NCBI GenBank assembly: GCA_041664365.1
Contig: JBAYKW010000005.1
Coordinates: forward strand, 29,204-93,203
Length of the DNA stretch: 64,000 bases
Direction: 5' to 3'
Origin: Patescibacteria group bacterium
GTDB taxonomy: Bacteria > Patescibacteriota > Patescibacteriia > UM-FILTER-42-10
The position numbers and the translations under genes were made by a program. Below are positions 46,068-55,365 of this stretch, piece after piece. Below the pieces are notes generated by a model that worked only from the letters and a program-made list of their open reading frames with translations, was not told the DNA's origin and did no database searches. Within the stretch, counting starts at the first letter, position 1; each line of letters starts with the position of its first letter.

Positions 46068-47596
46068 ATCTTCTTATTTGAGTAAATAAAATCTAGTATT
46101 TCTTTCTCAGTTAGCAATTCTACTGGTGCCTTATTGTCGTATAGTATATTTGCACTTTGGTCTTGTTGAACAGTTATAACTTTTTGTGCGACTTCTTTTA
46201 CAATATCATTTAGAATACCGATACTATTTTTTTTCTGCATGGAATCAAATTCTAAATCTTTATCAGATGCAACGACTAACCAATTGAATCCATCTCTTCC
46301 TAATGGAACAGCATAAGTATTTCGATAAACTGATTTTACAGTTTGAAGTATGCTTTGGAGAAGACGAGATTCATATTTTATGGCATTTATATTCATTGCC
46401 AGAATTCCGTTTTCATTCAAATGTTCATTAACTTCATTAAAATATTCTTGTGTTGATAAATGAAAAGGTATATAGATTTGTTGTGCATACGCATCAACAA
46501 TTATCAAATCATACTTTTTATCTGATGCTCTGAGAAAGGTTCTTCCGTCAGAAGTATAGATATTTATATCTTGATTATTCAGATCAAAATATTCTTTTGC
46601 TGCGGTAATAACACCAGGGTCAAATTCTACTCCGTCTATTTTTAAATTATATTTGTCCTCAAATAAATTTAAATACTGATGACTAATTGTTCCACCTCCT
46701 AAGCCAATCAATAAAACATCCAAATCACCCGTATTATTCTTATGTAAATATGGCAGTACAGAATAATAATCATAATAATTATCCAATATGATATTTTTAG
46801 GATCATATATTGATTGCACTCCGTGACCATCATTTATCAGTAGTAAATATCTGTCAGAATTTTCTTCCTTTACTACTTGTACATACTGATAAGGAGTTTC
46901 TTTCTCATAAACAAGTCCTTTTGATGGTTTAATAATATCTTTACTGAATAAAAATATAAATACAATCGGGATAGCCACAAATAGATAAAATAAAAATTTA
47001 TTCTTTTTCATTCCCAGTGCTCCAAGTAGTAACAAGACAGATGACGATATAAATATTGTTTCTCTAGTACCAACAAACGGAATTAACCAAAATGATGATA
47101 GAAAAGTTCCTAGGATACTACCAATAGTAGAAAATGCATAAAGATTACCTGCTGTTTTTCCACTATTTTCAACTGATGAAACGGAGATTCTAATAGCAAA
47201 AGGACTTACCATGCCAAGTAAGAATATCGGGATAAAAAACAAAATTACCATCACAAAAAAAGACCCGATGATTAACTCCGCGCCAAACAATAACCTTGCA
47301 ATAATAATTTCTATGAACTGATAGAATAAAATAGGTATAAAAGTGGCAAACAGACCAGCAACAACTAAAATAAGCATTAAACATTCAATTTCCGGGTGCT
47401 TATCAGCATATTTACCACCAATCCAATAACCTAAGGATAGCGCAATTAAAACTACACCGATTATACTTCCCCATACAAAAATAGATGTACCAAAATATGG
47501 TGCTAATAACCTAGAGGCTGCCATTTCAATAGCCATTACTGCAGCGCCAGCGCCAAACACAATTGAATAAAGGAATATTTTTTTGTCTCTATTCAT
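46064..47596 (-). CDS. Fused MFS-like membrane domain and spermidine synthase-like aminopropyltransferase
   Basis: N-terminal multi-TM region. C-terminus LLIGLGGGTISHQY...DGVEFDPGVI...DLIIVDAY matches the spermine/spermidine synthase fold. Confidence 0.75.
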   Translation of the reverse strand: MNRDKKIFLYSIVFGAGAAVMAIEMAASRLLAPYFGTSIFVWGSIIGVVLIALSLGYWIGGKYADKHPEIECLMLILVVAGLFATFIPILFYQFIEIIIARLLFGAELIIGSFFVMVILFFIPIFLLGMVSPFAIRISVSSVENSGKTAGNLYAFSTIGSILGTFLSSFWLIPFVGTRETIFISSSVLLLLGALGMKKNKFLFYLFVAIPIVFIFLFSKDIIKPSKGLVYEKETPYQYVQVVKEENSDRYLLLINDGHGVQSIYDPKNIILDNYYDYYSVLPYLHKNNTGDLDVLLIGLGGGTISHQYLNLFEDKYNLKIDGVEFDPGVITAAKEYFDLNNQDINIYTSDGRTFLRASDKKYDLIIVDAYAQQIYIPFHLSTQEYFNEVNEHLNENGILAMNINAIKYESRLLQSILQTVKSVYRNTYAVPLGRDGFNWLVVASDKDLEFDSMQKKNSIGILNDIVKEVAQKVITVQQDQSANILYDNKAPVELLTEKEILDFIYSNKKI

Positions 47597-49310
47597 TATT
47601 TACTTTTATATCAATAATTTTTAATTCCAACTCCCGATTTCCGTTCCATTCATTGACCCCAACTTCAAAGACTATATCAGCTTTTTCACCTATCTCTATA
47701 GTATCAAAGAAATCACCAAAACCAAAACCGATTGTTTTCCGAACCAGTCCCGAATCATCTCTGATCATCAACTTGAGGTGCTTCCCGGTACTGCCGACTT
47801 TCTGCATACCCGCTACCTCGGCGCCACGCACCAGAAAATACGGATTGCGGTTTCCTTCACCAAATGGCTGAAAAGAATCCAGCTGGCCGTAAAATTCCCA
47901 GTCAATATCTTTCAGACGGATATCCGCCTCCACTTCCAAAAACGGGAAAAGTTTTTTACCGTGCAATTCATCGTTCACTACTTTTTCAAAATCAATCTGG
48001 AATTGTTCCACACTGGCGACGCTTTTTAATGTAAATCCTCCTGCCTGCGAATGTCCACCCCAGCGCTCAAAATGGATCTGCGTTTTTTCCAGCGCCTCCA
48101 CAATATTAAACTCCCGGATACTCCTGCCGGATCCGGTAATTTTCCCGTCCTGTTCCGTCAGGATCAGTGTCGGACGATAAAACTCATCGGCGAGTTTGCC
48201 TGCAATCAGACCAATAATCCCCGCCGGCCAATCTTTTCCGATCGCAAATAATAATTTCTTTTCATCACCTACATCGCCGATTTGGATTTTTGCCTCCTGC
48301 ACATAATCAACAGTGATTTTCTGTCTTTCAATATTATTCATTTGCAGTTTTTCCGCCAGCTCTGCCGATTTTTCCGCCGTCTCAGCCGTAAGAAGCTGGA
48401 AAGCAAGTATAGCATGATCCATCCTGCCAGCTGCGTTGATCCTGGGCCCGATTTGGAATCCGATTGTAAATGTATCAGCTTTACCTTTGCGATTCCCGAT
48501 TGTTTCTATTAATGCTTTCAAACCGGGTCTTCTGGTTTTTTCCAGAACAATCAATCCGTATTTTACAAATACTCTATTCTCCCCAAGAAGAGGCATAATA
48601 TCAGTAACTGTGCTGATTGCCACCATATCAAGAAGCCACTTCTCAAACCCTTCGGGCAGTGTATATTCCTGTTTAGCCAGAGATTCAGTTATTAATGCTG
48701 ACGCTAATTTAAAAGCAACGCCGGATCCCGCCAGATGCTTAAAAGGATATGTCTCTCCTTTAACATTGGGGTTGATGATCGCATTCGCCCTCGGCAAATC
48801 AACCGGCGCTTCATGATGGTCGGTGATGATTACATCGACGCCGTTTTTCCTCGCCAGTTCAACTTCCGCGTGGTTAGTAATTCCGCAGTCTGTGGTAATA
48901 ATCAGATTATTCCCCTGATCAATGAAATTTTGCACCGTAACAACGTTCATACCGTATCCTTCTCGTTCACGATGTGGAAGAAATACAGATACATCCGCGC
49001 CCAGGTTTTTCAGCGTATCATATAGAACTACCGAACTGCAGACGCCGTCCGCATCATAGTCACCGTGCACCACTATCTTTTCTTTGTTTTCAATCGCTTG
49101 CCATATTCGCTTGGTTGCCTTCTTCATATCCTTAAATAAATAAGGGTCATGAAGATTATGTTTATATTCAGGATTCAAAAATTCATCAATATCATTCTGC
49201 TCGACAATATTCCGGTTATACAACAACTGTAAAATTACCGGGTTGATTTCCGGGAATTTGTTAATCAGTGCTTCCGGCACCTTCTTACTTACCACCCATT
49301 TTTTATTCAT
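47589..49310 (-). CDS. recJ: Single-stranded-DNA-specific exonuclease RecJ
   Basis: DHH motifs (VVHGDYDADGVCSS; DHH in ITDHHEAP). DHHA1 region. Confidence 0.9.
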   Translation of the reverse strand: MNKKWVVSKKVPEALINKFPEINPVILQLLYNRNIVEQNDIDEFLNPEYKHNLHDPYLFKDMKKATKRIWQAIENKEKIVVHGDYDADGVCSSVVLYDTLKNLGADVSVFLPHREREGYGMNVVTVQNFIDQGNNLIITTDCGITNHAEVELARKNGVDVIITDHHEAPVDLPRANAIINPNVKGETYPFKHLAGSGVAFKLASALITESLAKQEYTLPEGFEKWLLDMVAISTVTDIMPLLGENRVFVKYGLIVLEKTRRPGLKALIETIGNRKGKADTFTIGFQIGPRINAAGRMDHAILAFQLLTAETAEKSAELAEKLQMNNIERQKITVDYVQEAKIQIGDVGDEKKLLFAIGKDWPAGIIGLIAGKLADEFYRPTLILTEQDGKITGSGRSIREFNIVEALEKTQIHFERWGGHSQAGGFTLKSVASVEQFQIDFEKVVNDELHGKKLFPFLEVEADIRLKDIDWEFYGQLDSFQPFGEGNRNPYFLVRGAEVAGMQKVGSTGKHLKLMIRDDSGLVRKTIGFGFGDFFDTIEIGEKADIVFEVGVNEWNGNRELELKIIDIKVNNE

Positions 49311-49339
49311 TATTTCCTTGCGCTCATCACTGCTTTCGC

Positions 49340-50194
49340 TTACACCATTTTTTCAAAATTCGGTGTAAGATCTGTTTTGCCCAAAACCTGTTTGACCAGC
49401 GGACCTTTAATTCTTTGAGCTACTACGGAATTATAGGAAGGCTTTTCCTCCTGATAAAATATTCCGATCGGAATCCGCTCCCCCCATTTCATCGCCTTGG
49501 CATGCGCCTCTAGTCTGTCTTTTGGTTCGTAACCCTCCTTATTCATATCATAAATCCGCTGATTGAAATACTGGAACGTATTCAACTTGTTGAAAGTAAC
49601 GCAGTTCTGCAGGATATCAATAAAGGAAAAACCCTTATGCTGAATCGCTAGCTTGATTAGCCCAGCCAAATGATCCGCTCTGCCGGAAAAACCTCTTGCC
49701 ACAAACGTAGCATTGGCAGAAAGCGCCAGCGAGATCGGGTTTAGCGGGTCTTCAATTATCCCTGCCGGAGTTGTTGTAGTAGCCATCCCCTTCTGTGACG
49801 TCGGAGACGCTTGTCCGGTTGTCAGACTGTACAGCTGGTTATCATGAACCAAATAGGTAATGTCGTAATTATTTTTGCAGGCATGAATAAAATGATTGCC
49901 TCCTTCTCCGTATGCATCTCCATCGCCGCCGATCGCCAGCACTGTTAATTCATCGTTGGCAAATTTTATTCCGGCCGCAGCAGGTAGAGCCCTGCCATGC
50001 AGGCTATGGAAAGCATAAGTTTTCACAAAATTATTTTCATTGCCAGAACAGCCGATACCATAGCTGACCGCTACTTTATTCGGATCAAGATCCATTTCGG
50101 TTAATGCTTTTTTTAAAGCGATCCAGATACCGAAATTTCCGCAGGCTGGGCACCAAGTTGGATCATGGGGAGTGTTTAGTTCTTCTGGTTTCAT
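49340..50194 (-). CDS. 2-oxoacid:ferredoxin oxidoreductase beta subunit (TPP-binding)
   Basis: WCPACGNFG N-terminus. TPP-binding GDGD motif (IGGDGDAYGEGGNH). Confidence 0.85.
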   Translation of the reverse strand: MKPEELNTPHDPTWCPACGNFGIWIALKKALTEMDLDPNKVAVSYGIGCSGNENNFVKTYAFHSLHGRALPAAAGIKFANDELTVLAIGGDGDAYGEGGNHFIHACKNNYDITYLVHDNQLYSLTTGQASPTSQKGMATTTTPAGIIEDPLNPISLALSANATFVARGFSGRADHLAGLIKLAIQHKGFSFIDILQNCVTFNKLNTFQYFNQRIYDMNKEGYEPKDRLEAHAKAMKWGERIPIGIFYQEEKPSYNSVVAQRIKGPLVKQVLGKTDLTPNFEKMV

Positions 50195-50260
50195 AATTTA
50201 TTAGGGTTAAGGGATTAAGGATTTAGGAATTAGTGATTAATAACTAGCATATTAATTCAG

Positions 50261-52021
50261 CTAGTTTTTCAAAATGTCACTAATATAACCATGAATTTCG
50301 TTGGGGTAAAACTGTCTACCGCTGTATTTCAACAGCTTGTTTTCAATTTCTTCACCGGTAAACTCACGAATTAAAGAACCCAGCTGTGCCGTAGAATTAT
50401 TTTCAACCAGAACAATATTCTTTGCACTTTTTATTATTTCTTTTACTTTCTCACTCGGAAAAGGGAAAATATATGCTATGTGCAGGAAATTTACTTTCAG
50501 ATTATCCTGTTCGCATAATTTCATCGCCTCTATAATCGGTCCTTTAGTTGATCCCCAGGCGATTAATGTTACATCGGCATTTTTCTGGCCGTACAATAAC
50601 GGATCCGGCAATTCTTTTTCCGCCTCGATAAGTTTTAACGCTCTTTTTTCCACCATCCGGACTCTGTTCACTGCATCCTCGGAAGAATAACCAAATTCAT
50701 CATGTTCGTCCGAATTAGCATTGTGCATGCCACCCGGCTGTCCCGGTACGCTTCTTGGTGAAATTCCGGTCTCCGTAAATTCATATCTTTTAAACTCCTT
50801 AATCTTTTTCAGTTCCGCATCGGAAATTAAAGCGCCGCGTTCAATCTCCAGTTTGTCGGTCTCGAAAAATTCTTCCGATTTATTACTTTCCGACATAAAT
50901 TTATCAGAAAGAATAAATACCGGCATCTGATACTTTTCCGCCAGATTAAAAGCATGGTGTGTGGCATAAAACGCCTCTCGCACGTCACCTGGTGCGATTA
51001 TTATTCTCGGGAATTCGCCTTGAGAAGCATGGATTAAAAATTGCAGATCGGCTTGTTCCGTCCACGTCGGCAGTCCGGTGGCCGGACCCGGTCGCATCAC
51101 TTCAGCTATAACAATCGGAGTTTCAGTAATACCGGCAAGACCCAAAGCTTCCACCATTAGAGAAAAACCGCCGCCCGAAGTACCGGTCATAGCTCTTACA
51201 CCCGCGTAGCTTGCGCCCAGTGCCATAGTGATGGCCGATATTTCATCTTCCGTTTGTTTAACCAAAATATTATGTTTTTCAGCATTGGCTGTAAGATAAT
51301 GCAGAATGGTTGTGAAAGGGGTCATGGGATAAGCGGACATAAATTTACATCCGCCCGCAACAGCCCCCATACCAATAGCTTCATTAGCGGTCAGTACCAT
51401 TTGTTTCGGACTTTCAATTGGTTTCAGCTTAAATGGAAATTTCTTAACATCAAAATTATCTTTTACATAATTGAATCCCGCTTCGGCAATTTTAATATTC
51501 AAATCTACTACCTCGTCACCCTTTCTCAGGAATTCATTATGGATCATCTCTTTTAACAAACCGAAGTCATAGCCGATTATGGCAACCGAAGCGCCCAGGG
51601 AGACAGAATTACGCATTACTTTCTTACCCCCGGCTGTTTCGGCCAGCTTAGCTAACGGGATAGGAAAGAGATTATACTTTTTCGCATCAATTGCACTTAC
51701 ATCAATTTTTTTGTCTTCATTATCATAGATTAATCCGCCGCCTTCTTCCAGCTCGTCTTTATGTAAATCAATTGTCAGCTGGTCTAAGGCCACCAGTAGA
51801 TTTACGGCAATTTTAGGAGAATATTTTTCATCACTGCCGACATTGACCTGATATGTATTATGCCCGCCACGGATCAGCGACGGATATTCCGAATAGTCAA
51901 AAATGTGCAGTCCTCCCCTGGCGCAAATTTTAGAAAACATCAGTCCAATTGACTTAATGCCATAACCTGCCTCGCCTGCTATTTTCCAGTTCAGATCGTT
52001 GACAGTTGGTTTAATACTCAT
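50261..52021 (-). CDS. 2-oxoacid:ferredoxin oxidoreductase alpha subunit (gamma-alpha fused)
   Basis: 586 aa. An N-terminal gamma-like domain followed by a pyruvate/2-oxoglutarate ferredoxin oxidoreductase alpha domain. Adjacent to the beta subunit. Confidence 0.8.
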   Translation of the reverse strand: MSIKPTVNDLNWKIAGEAGYGIKSIGLMFSKICARGGLHIFDYSEYPSLIRGGHNTYQVNVGSDEKYSPKIAVNLLVALDQLTIDLHKDELEEGGGLIYDNEDKKIDVSAIDAKKYNLFPIPLAKLAETAGGKKVMRNSVSLGASVAIIGYDFGLLKEMIHNEFLRKGDEVVDLNIKIAEAGFNYVKDNFDVKKFPFKLKPIESPKQMVLTANEAIGMGAVAGGCKFMSAYPMTPFTTILHYLTANAEKHNILVKQTEDEISAITMALGASYAGVRAMTGTSGGGFSLMVEALGLAGITETPIVIAEVMRPGPATGLPTWTEQADLQFLIHASQGEFPRIIIAPGDVREAFYATHHAFNLAEKYQMPVFILSDKFMSESNKSEEFFETDKLEIERGALISDAELKKIKEFKRYEFTETGISPRSVPGQPGGMHNANSDEHDEFGYSSEDAVNRVRMVEKRALKLIEAEKELPDPLLYGQKNADVTLIAWGSTKGPIIEAMKLCEQDNLKVNFLHIAYIFPFPSEKVKEIIKSAKNIVLVENNSTAQLGSLIREFTGEEIENKLLKYSGRQFYPNEIHGYISDILKN

Positions 52022-52031
52022 AAGAATACTT

Positions 52032-52463
52032 TTAATTAATAAATTTTAACGGTTTTTTTAGTCGACTTATCGCTTTATTTAATACATCCATATGATTTTT
52101 GTGCACCAGTAATTTTTGCGCTTCCTCATATGTGCACCAGCAATACTTTTCGTGCTCCGAGGAAAGACGCACTTCTTTATCTGCTAGCCCTAAATAGTAA
52201 TCTACAGTTTTATTTACCAGATACTCATCACGAATGAAACGATAATGAGTTTTAGTTCTAAAATTTTTGATGATTTTAAAATTATCAATACCCGTCTCCT
52301 CTTTCATTTCCCTTTTCAAAGTATCAAGTTTCTCTTCACCCCTCTCTATTTTCCCCTGCGGGAATTCCCACTTCTGAATCCATTTTTTAAAAACAACCAG
52401 AACTTTATTTTCCGTATTAAACAGAATTATTCCTACCGCGTTTTCAGTTCTCTTTTTTTGCAT
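52032..52463 (-). CDS. Nudix hydrolase
   Basis: Nudix box GKIERGEEKLDTLKREMKEETGI. Confidence 0.8.
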   Translation of the reverse strand: MQKKRTENAVGIILFNTENKVLVVFKKWIQKWEFPQGKIERGEEKLDTLKREMKEETGIDNFKIIKNFRTKTHYRFIRDEYLVNKTVDYYLGLADKEVRLSSEHEKYCWCTYEEAQKLLVHKNHMDVLNKAISRLKKPLKFIN

Positions 52464-52492
52464 AATATTTCTACAGTTGGTAACTTATAATC

Positions 52493-52545
52493 AGTAATTG
52501 GTAATGGAAGTTCGAGGGGGTACAGTTTACCGATTACCAATTACT
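52493..52545 (-). other. Perfect 13-bp inverted repeat (AGTAATTGGTAAT / ATTACCAATTACT) with a 27-nt loop spanning the ackA stop codon
   Basis: Seen directly in the sequence. The right arm lies within the last codons of ackA. Related TTGGTAAT/ATTACCAA repeats occur at 58500-58592 and 59880-59930. Confidence 0.5.
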
Positions 52546-53747
52546 TTATTACCTTTTTTACTCTGCGAATTGCTGGTATTTTTCACCCGCCTTATATACT
52601 TCCATGTTTTTTGCGCTATATTAATCATTTCCCCTTCCGGTGCAATGAGTACCCGGCAGTTTTTTGGCAATCGCATATTTTTTAAAACTAGTTTTCTGAT
52701 AATCGCGCTGTTCATGCCGACCACTCCAGTAAAAACAACCGCCTGCGGATTCGCACTCATGCCAAGATACGAAGCCAAATACCTCCTGATATCATAAACA
52801 TAAACTGCCAGCGCCTGTCTGGCCAGCTTCTTCTGCCCGGCAGAATATCGAGGAGCAGATTTATATCCGGCTATTTTATATCCCGCTGCTGTCAGTACTT
52901 CCCGCAGATCGTCACTACCAAATAAACCCAGTAATCCGGATTTTTTATTGATTAATACATCAATTTCTTCCCAGGACATTTTTAACTCCTTAGCCAAATA
53001 CATCACAACAGCCACCGGTAAATCACCTGAACGCGTTGCCATTGTCAGCCCTTCGTTGGGTGAAAAACCCATAGATGTATCTTTAACACGCCCTTTTTCC
53101 AGCCAGGAAATACTACAGCCGGACCCCAAGTGCAAAGTTATTGCTGACAGCTTACTTACACTGACACCAGTTTTTTCCGCGGCATAAGCGCAGGCCATTT
53201 CGTGGCTTAGCCCGTGAAATCCGTATTTTCTGATGTTGAATTTTTCGCAATACCTGACCGGCAGTGAATACAAATACGCTTCCGGTTCCAGATCGGCATA
53301 CCAGGCGGTATCAAAACTGGCTACTATCGTAACTCTCGGCCAGGTCGTTTGTACTAATCGCGCCTGCTCCAGACTCTGAACATTGTGAAGTGGTGCAAGG
53401 TGATTATATTTGCTGATTCTATGAATCGTTTTTTTATCCAGTTTACAGCTTGCCTTAAATTCCGGACCGCCATGAACCACCCTTATGCCCACAGTCTGGA
53501 TTTCCAGATTCGCGAAGATTGTGACTACAGCCTGCCAGGCCGATTTGAGACTGTATTTTACCGGATAACTTTTCTGCAGTTTCTTTCCATAATCCCGGTA
53601 AACCAAAACTGCTCCGGTATTATAGCCGGAGTAGGAACCGTCAATAGTAATTTTTCCTACACCCTTATTGTCATATTCATAGACAGTGAATTTAAGACTG
53701 CTGGAGCCGTTATTCAGAACTAGAAGGTGCTTTTTTTTATTATTCAT
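52527..53747 (-). CDS. ackA: Acetate (propionate) kinase
   Basis: LLVLNNGSSSLKF matches the acetate kinase N-terminal signature. Length 406 aa. Confidence 0.85.
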   Translation of the reverse strand: MNNKKKHLLVLNNGSSSLKFTVYEYDNKGVGKITIDGSYSGYNTGAVLVYRDYGKKLQKSYPVKYSLKSAWQAVVTIFANLEIQTVGIRVVHGGPEFKASCKLDKKTIHRISKYNHLAPLHNVQSLEQARLVQTTWPRVTIVASFDTAWYADLEPEAYLYSLPVRYCEKFNIRKYGFHGLSHEMACAYAAEKTGVSVSKLSAITLHLGSGCSISWLEKGRVKDTSMGFSPNEGLTMATRSGDLPVAVVMYLAKELKMSWEEIDVLINKKSGLLGLFGSDDLREVLTAAGYKIAGYKSAPRYSAGQKKLARQALAVYVYDIRRYLASYLGMSANPQAVVFTGVVGMNSAIIRKLVLKNMRLPKNCRVLIAPEGEMINIAQKTWKYIRRVKNTSNSQSKKGNKVIGNR

Positions 53748-54300
53748 ATATGTAAACCTTCTGGTTATTTACTAGGCCAACTGCGTTTCCCTCATCCGTA
53801 TCCAACTGAAGTCGGGTGTCATAATCTCCGATTCGGACAACAACGTTATTCAGTATTACGGAACGATCACCCTTGATTAATACAGAAATCTTTTTTCCAT
53901 GTTTATAATTCCACGCTTTCGCCTGTCGTTCCGACAAGTGCAAATGGCGCATTGCAACAATAGCAGGGGCCGTTACTTGTCCGCGCGGACCTTTTATAAT
54001 TACCCTGCTGGAATTTTTTACCTGTCCGGAAATCTGTACAGACGGTTTAATCCCTAAATAATAGCAATCAGTAACTGACAGCTCAACTTGAGTTTTGGAC
54101 CTAATCGGACCAATGATTCTTACTTTTGAAAAACTATTACGTTTCCCAATAATTGATAATGTTTCTAATGTTGCAAATTGATGTGGTTGAGATAATTCTT
54201 TTAGCTTCTTTAGTGCATAGTTTTTACCAAAAAGTTTGTCTACATCTTTTTGGCTCAGGTGAATATGGCGCGCTGATATTTCGGCGATAATTGTTTTCAT
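53740..54300 (-). CDS. pduL: Phosphate propanoyl/acetyltransferase PduL
   Basis: Duplicated PduL motifs ISARHIHLS and AMRHLHLS. Confidence 0.8.
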   Translation of the reverse strand: MKTIIAEISARHIHLSQKDVDKLFGKNYALKKLKELSQPHQFATLETLSIIGKRNSFSKVRIIGPIRSKTQVELSVTDCYYLGIKPSVQISGQVKNSSRVIIKGPRGQVTAPAIVAMRHLHLSERQAKAWNYKHGKKISVLIKGDRSVILNNVVVRIGDYDTRLQLDTDEGNAVGLVNNQKVYIYE

Positions 54301-54304
54301 AATT

Positions 54305-55309
54305 TTATTTCTTAAATTTATTTTTTACATCTTTCCAATAAATCAAGCCGTTCTGAGCGCCGGTCTTCTGCACTAATGACGCGGTATTTAACATACATAA
54401 ATAAACAGCTTTTTTGATATTGCCATTGAAATGTATCATACCCGCGACAAACGATGAGCCGAAACAGTCCCCCGCTCCGGTTGTGTCGATAACTTTTCTG
54501 TCAATAACTTTTGAAAAATAAGAATTTTTTCCGTCATAAACATAGGCACCTTTTCTGCCGTCTGTTATCACAACAATCTTCGGTCCCCACGCCTGAATAA
54601 TTTTTGATAAAGCACGGGCATTATTAATCTGCTTTGGTATCAGCCCTGCCGATAGAACCAGTTCAATCGCTTCATCTTTATTGATAAACAGTATATCAGT
54701 AACCTTCAGCACCGGAGAAAGTTTTTTCTTTCCAGCCTTTAATTGTGTTTCACCGGGGTTCCAACCGAGCTTAGTTCCACTTTCTTTGATAAATTTTACA
54801 ATTGATTTGGCATTATTTAACCATGTTTTACCGGTTAATGAAGAAACATATAGCCACTCTGTTTTTAATATTTTAGCTGCATTCTTCGGGAAAATGGACG
54901 CGTTATTGGATCCGCGATATAAAAAGGCAACATGATCTTTTGATTTTTCCGCAATTGTGATAAATGAAAAGCCGGTAGAAAGTCCGCTGTTGCGCTGAAC
55001 GTATTTAGTATCAACACCCTCGTTTTTTAAGTCTTTAATAATCGAATCTCCCTCGCGGTCATTTCCGACCGTAATCCAGCACGCATTATTGAGACCGAGT
55101 CTGGCAAAAGAGACAGATGTATTGCATCCGCCACCGCCCAAACCGAAGTGTACTTTATCACTGATCATCTTAGCACCGTATTCAAACCCGATCAGTTTCT
55201 GTCGGGTCAGATCTTCAGGAGTATCAATTACCTGACCTTCATCAGTATAAAAAGTGATATCACGTGTAGCCCCACCCAGTGAAATTACGTCGTAAATCTT
55301 TCTATTCAT
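54305..55309 (-). CDS. PfkB-family carbohydrate kinase (ribokinase-like)
   Basis: C-terminal DTTGAGDCFGSSFVAG motif. N-terminal GG dipeptide region. Confidence 0.8.
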   Translation of the reverse strand: MNRKIYDVISLGGATRDITFYTDEGQVIDTPEDLTRQKLIGFEYGAKMISDKVHFGLGGGGCNTSVSFARLGLNNACWITVGNDREGDSIIKDLKNEGVDTKYVQRNSGLSTGFSFITIAEKSKDHVAFLYRGSNNASIFPKNAAKILKTEWLYVSSLTGKTWLNNAKSIVKFIKESGTKLGWNPGETQLKAGKKKLSPVLKVTDILFINKDEAIELVLSAGLIPKQINNARALSKIIQAWGPKIVVITDGRKGAYVYDGKNSYFSKVIDRKVIDTTGAGDCFGSSFVAGMIHFNGNIKKAVYLCMLNTASLVQKTGAQNGLIYWKDVKNKFKK

Positions 55310-55365
55310 AAGATAATTGATTATTCTCAGTTTAATTATATATTAACAAAAATTATAGACACAAA

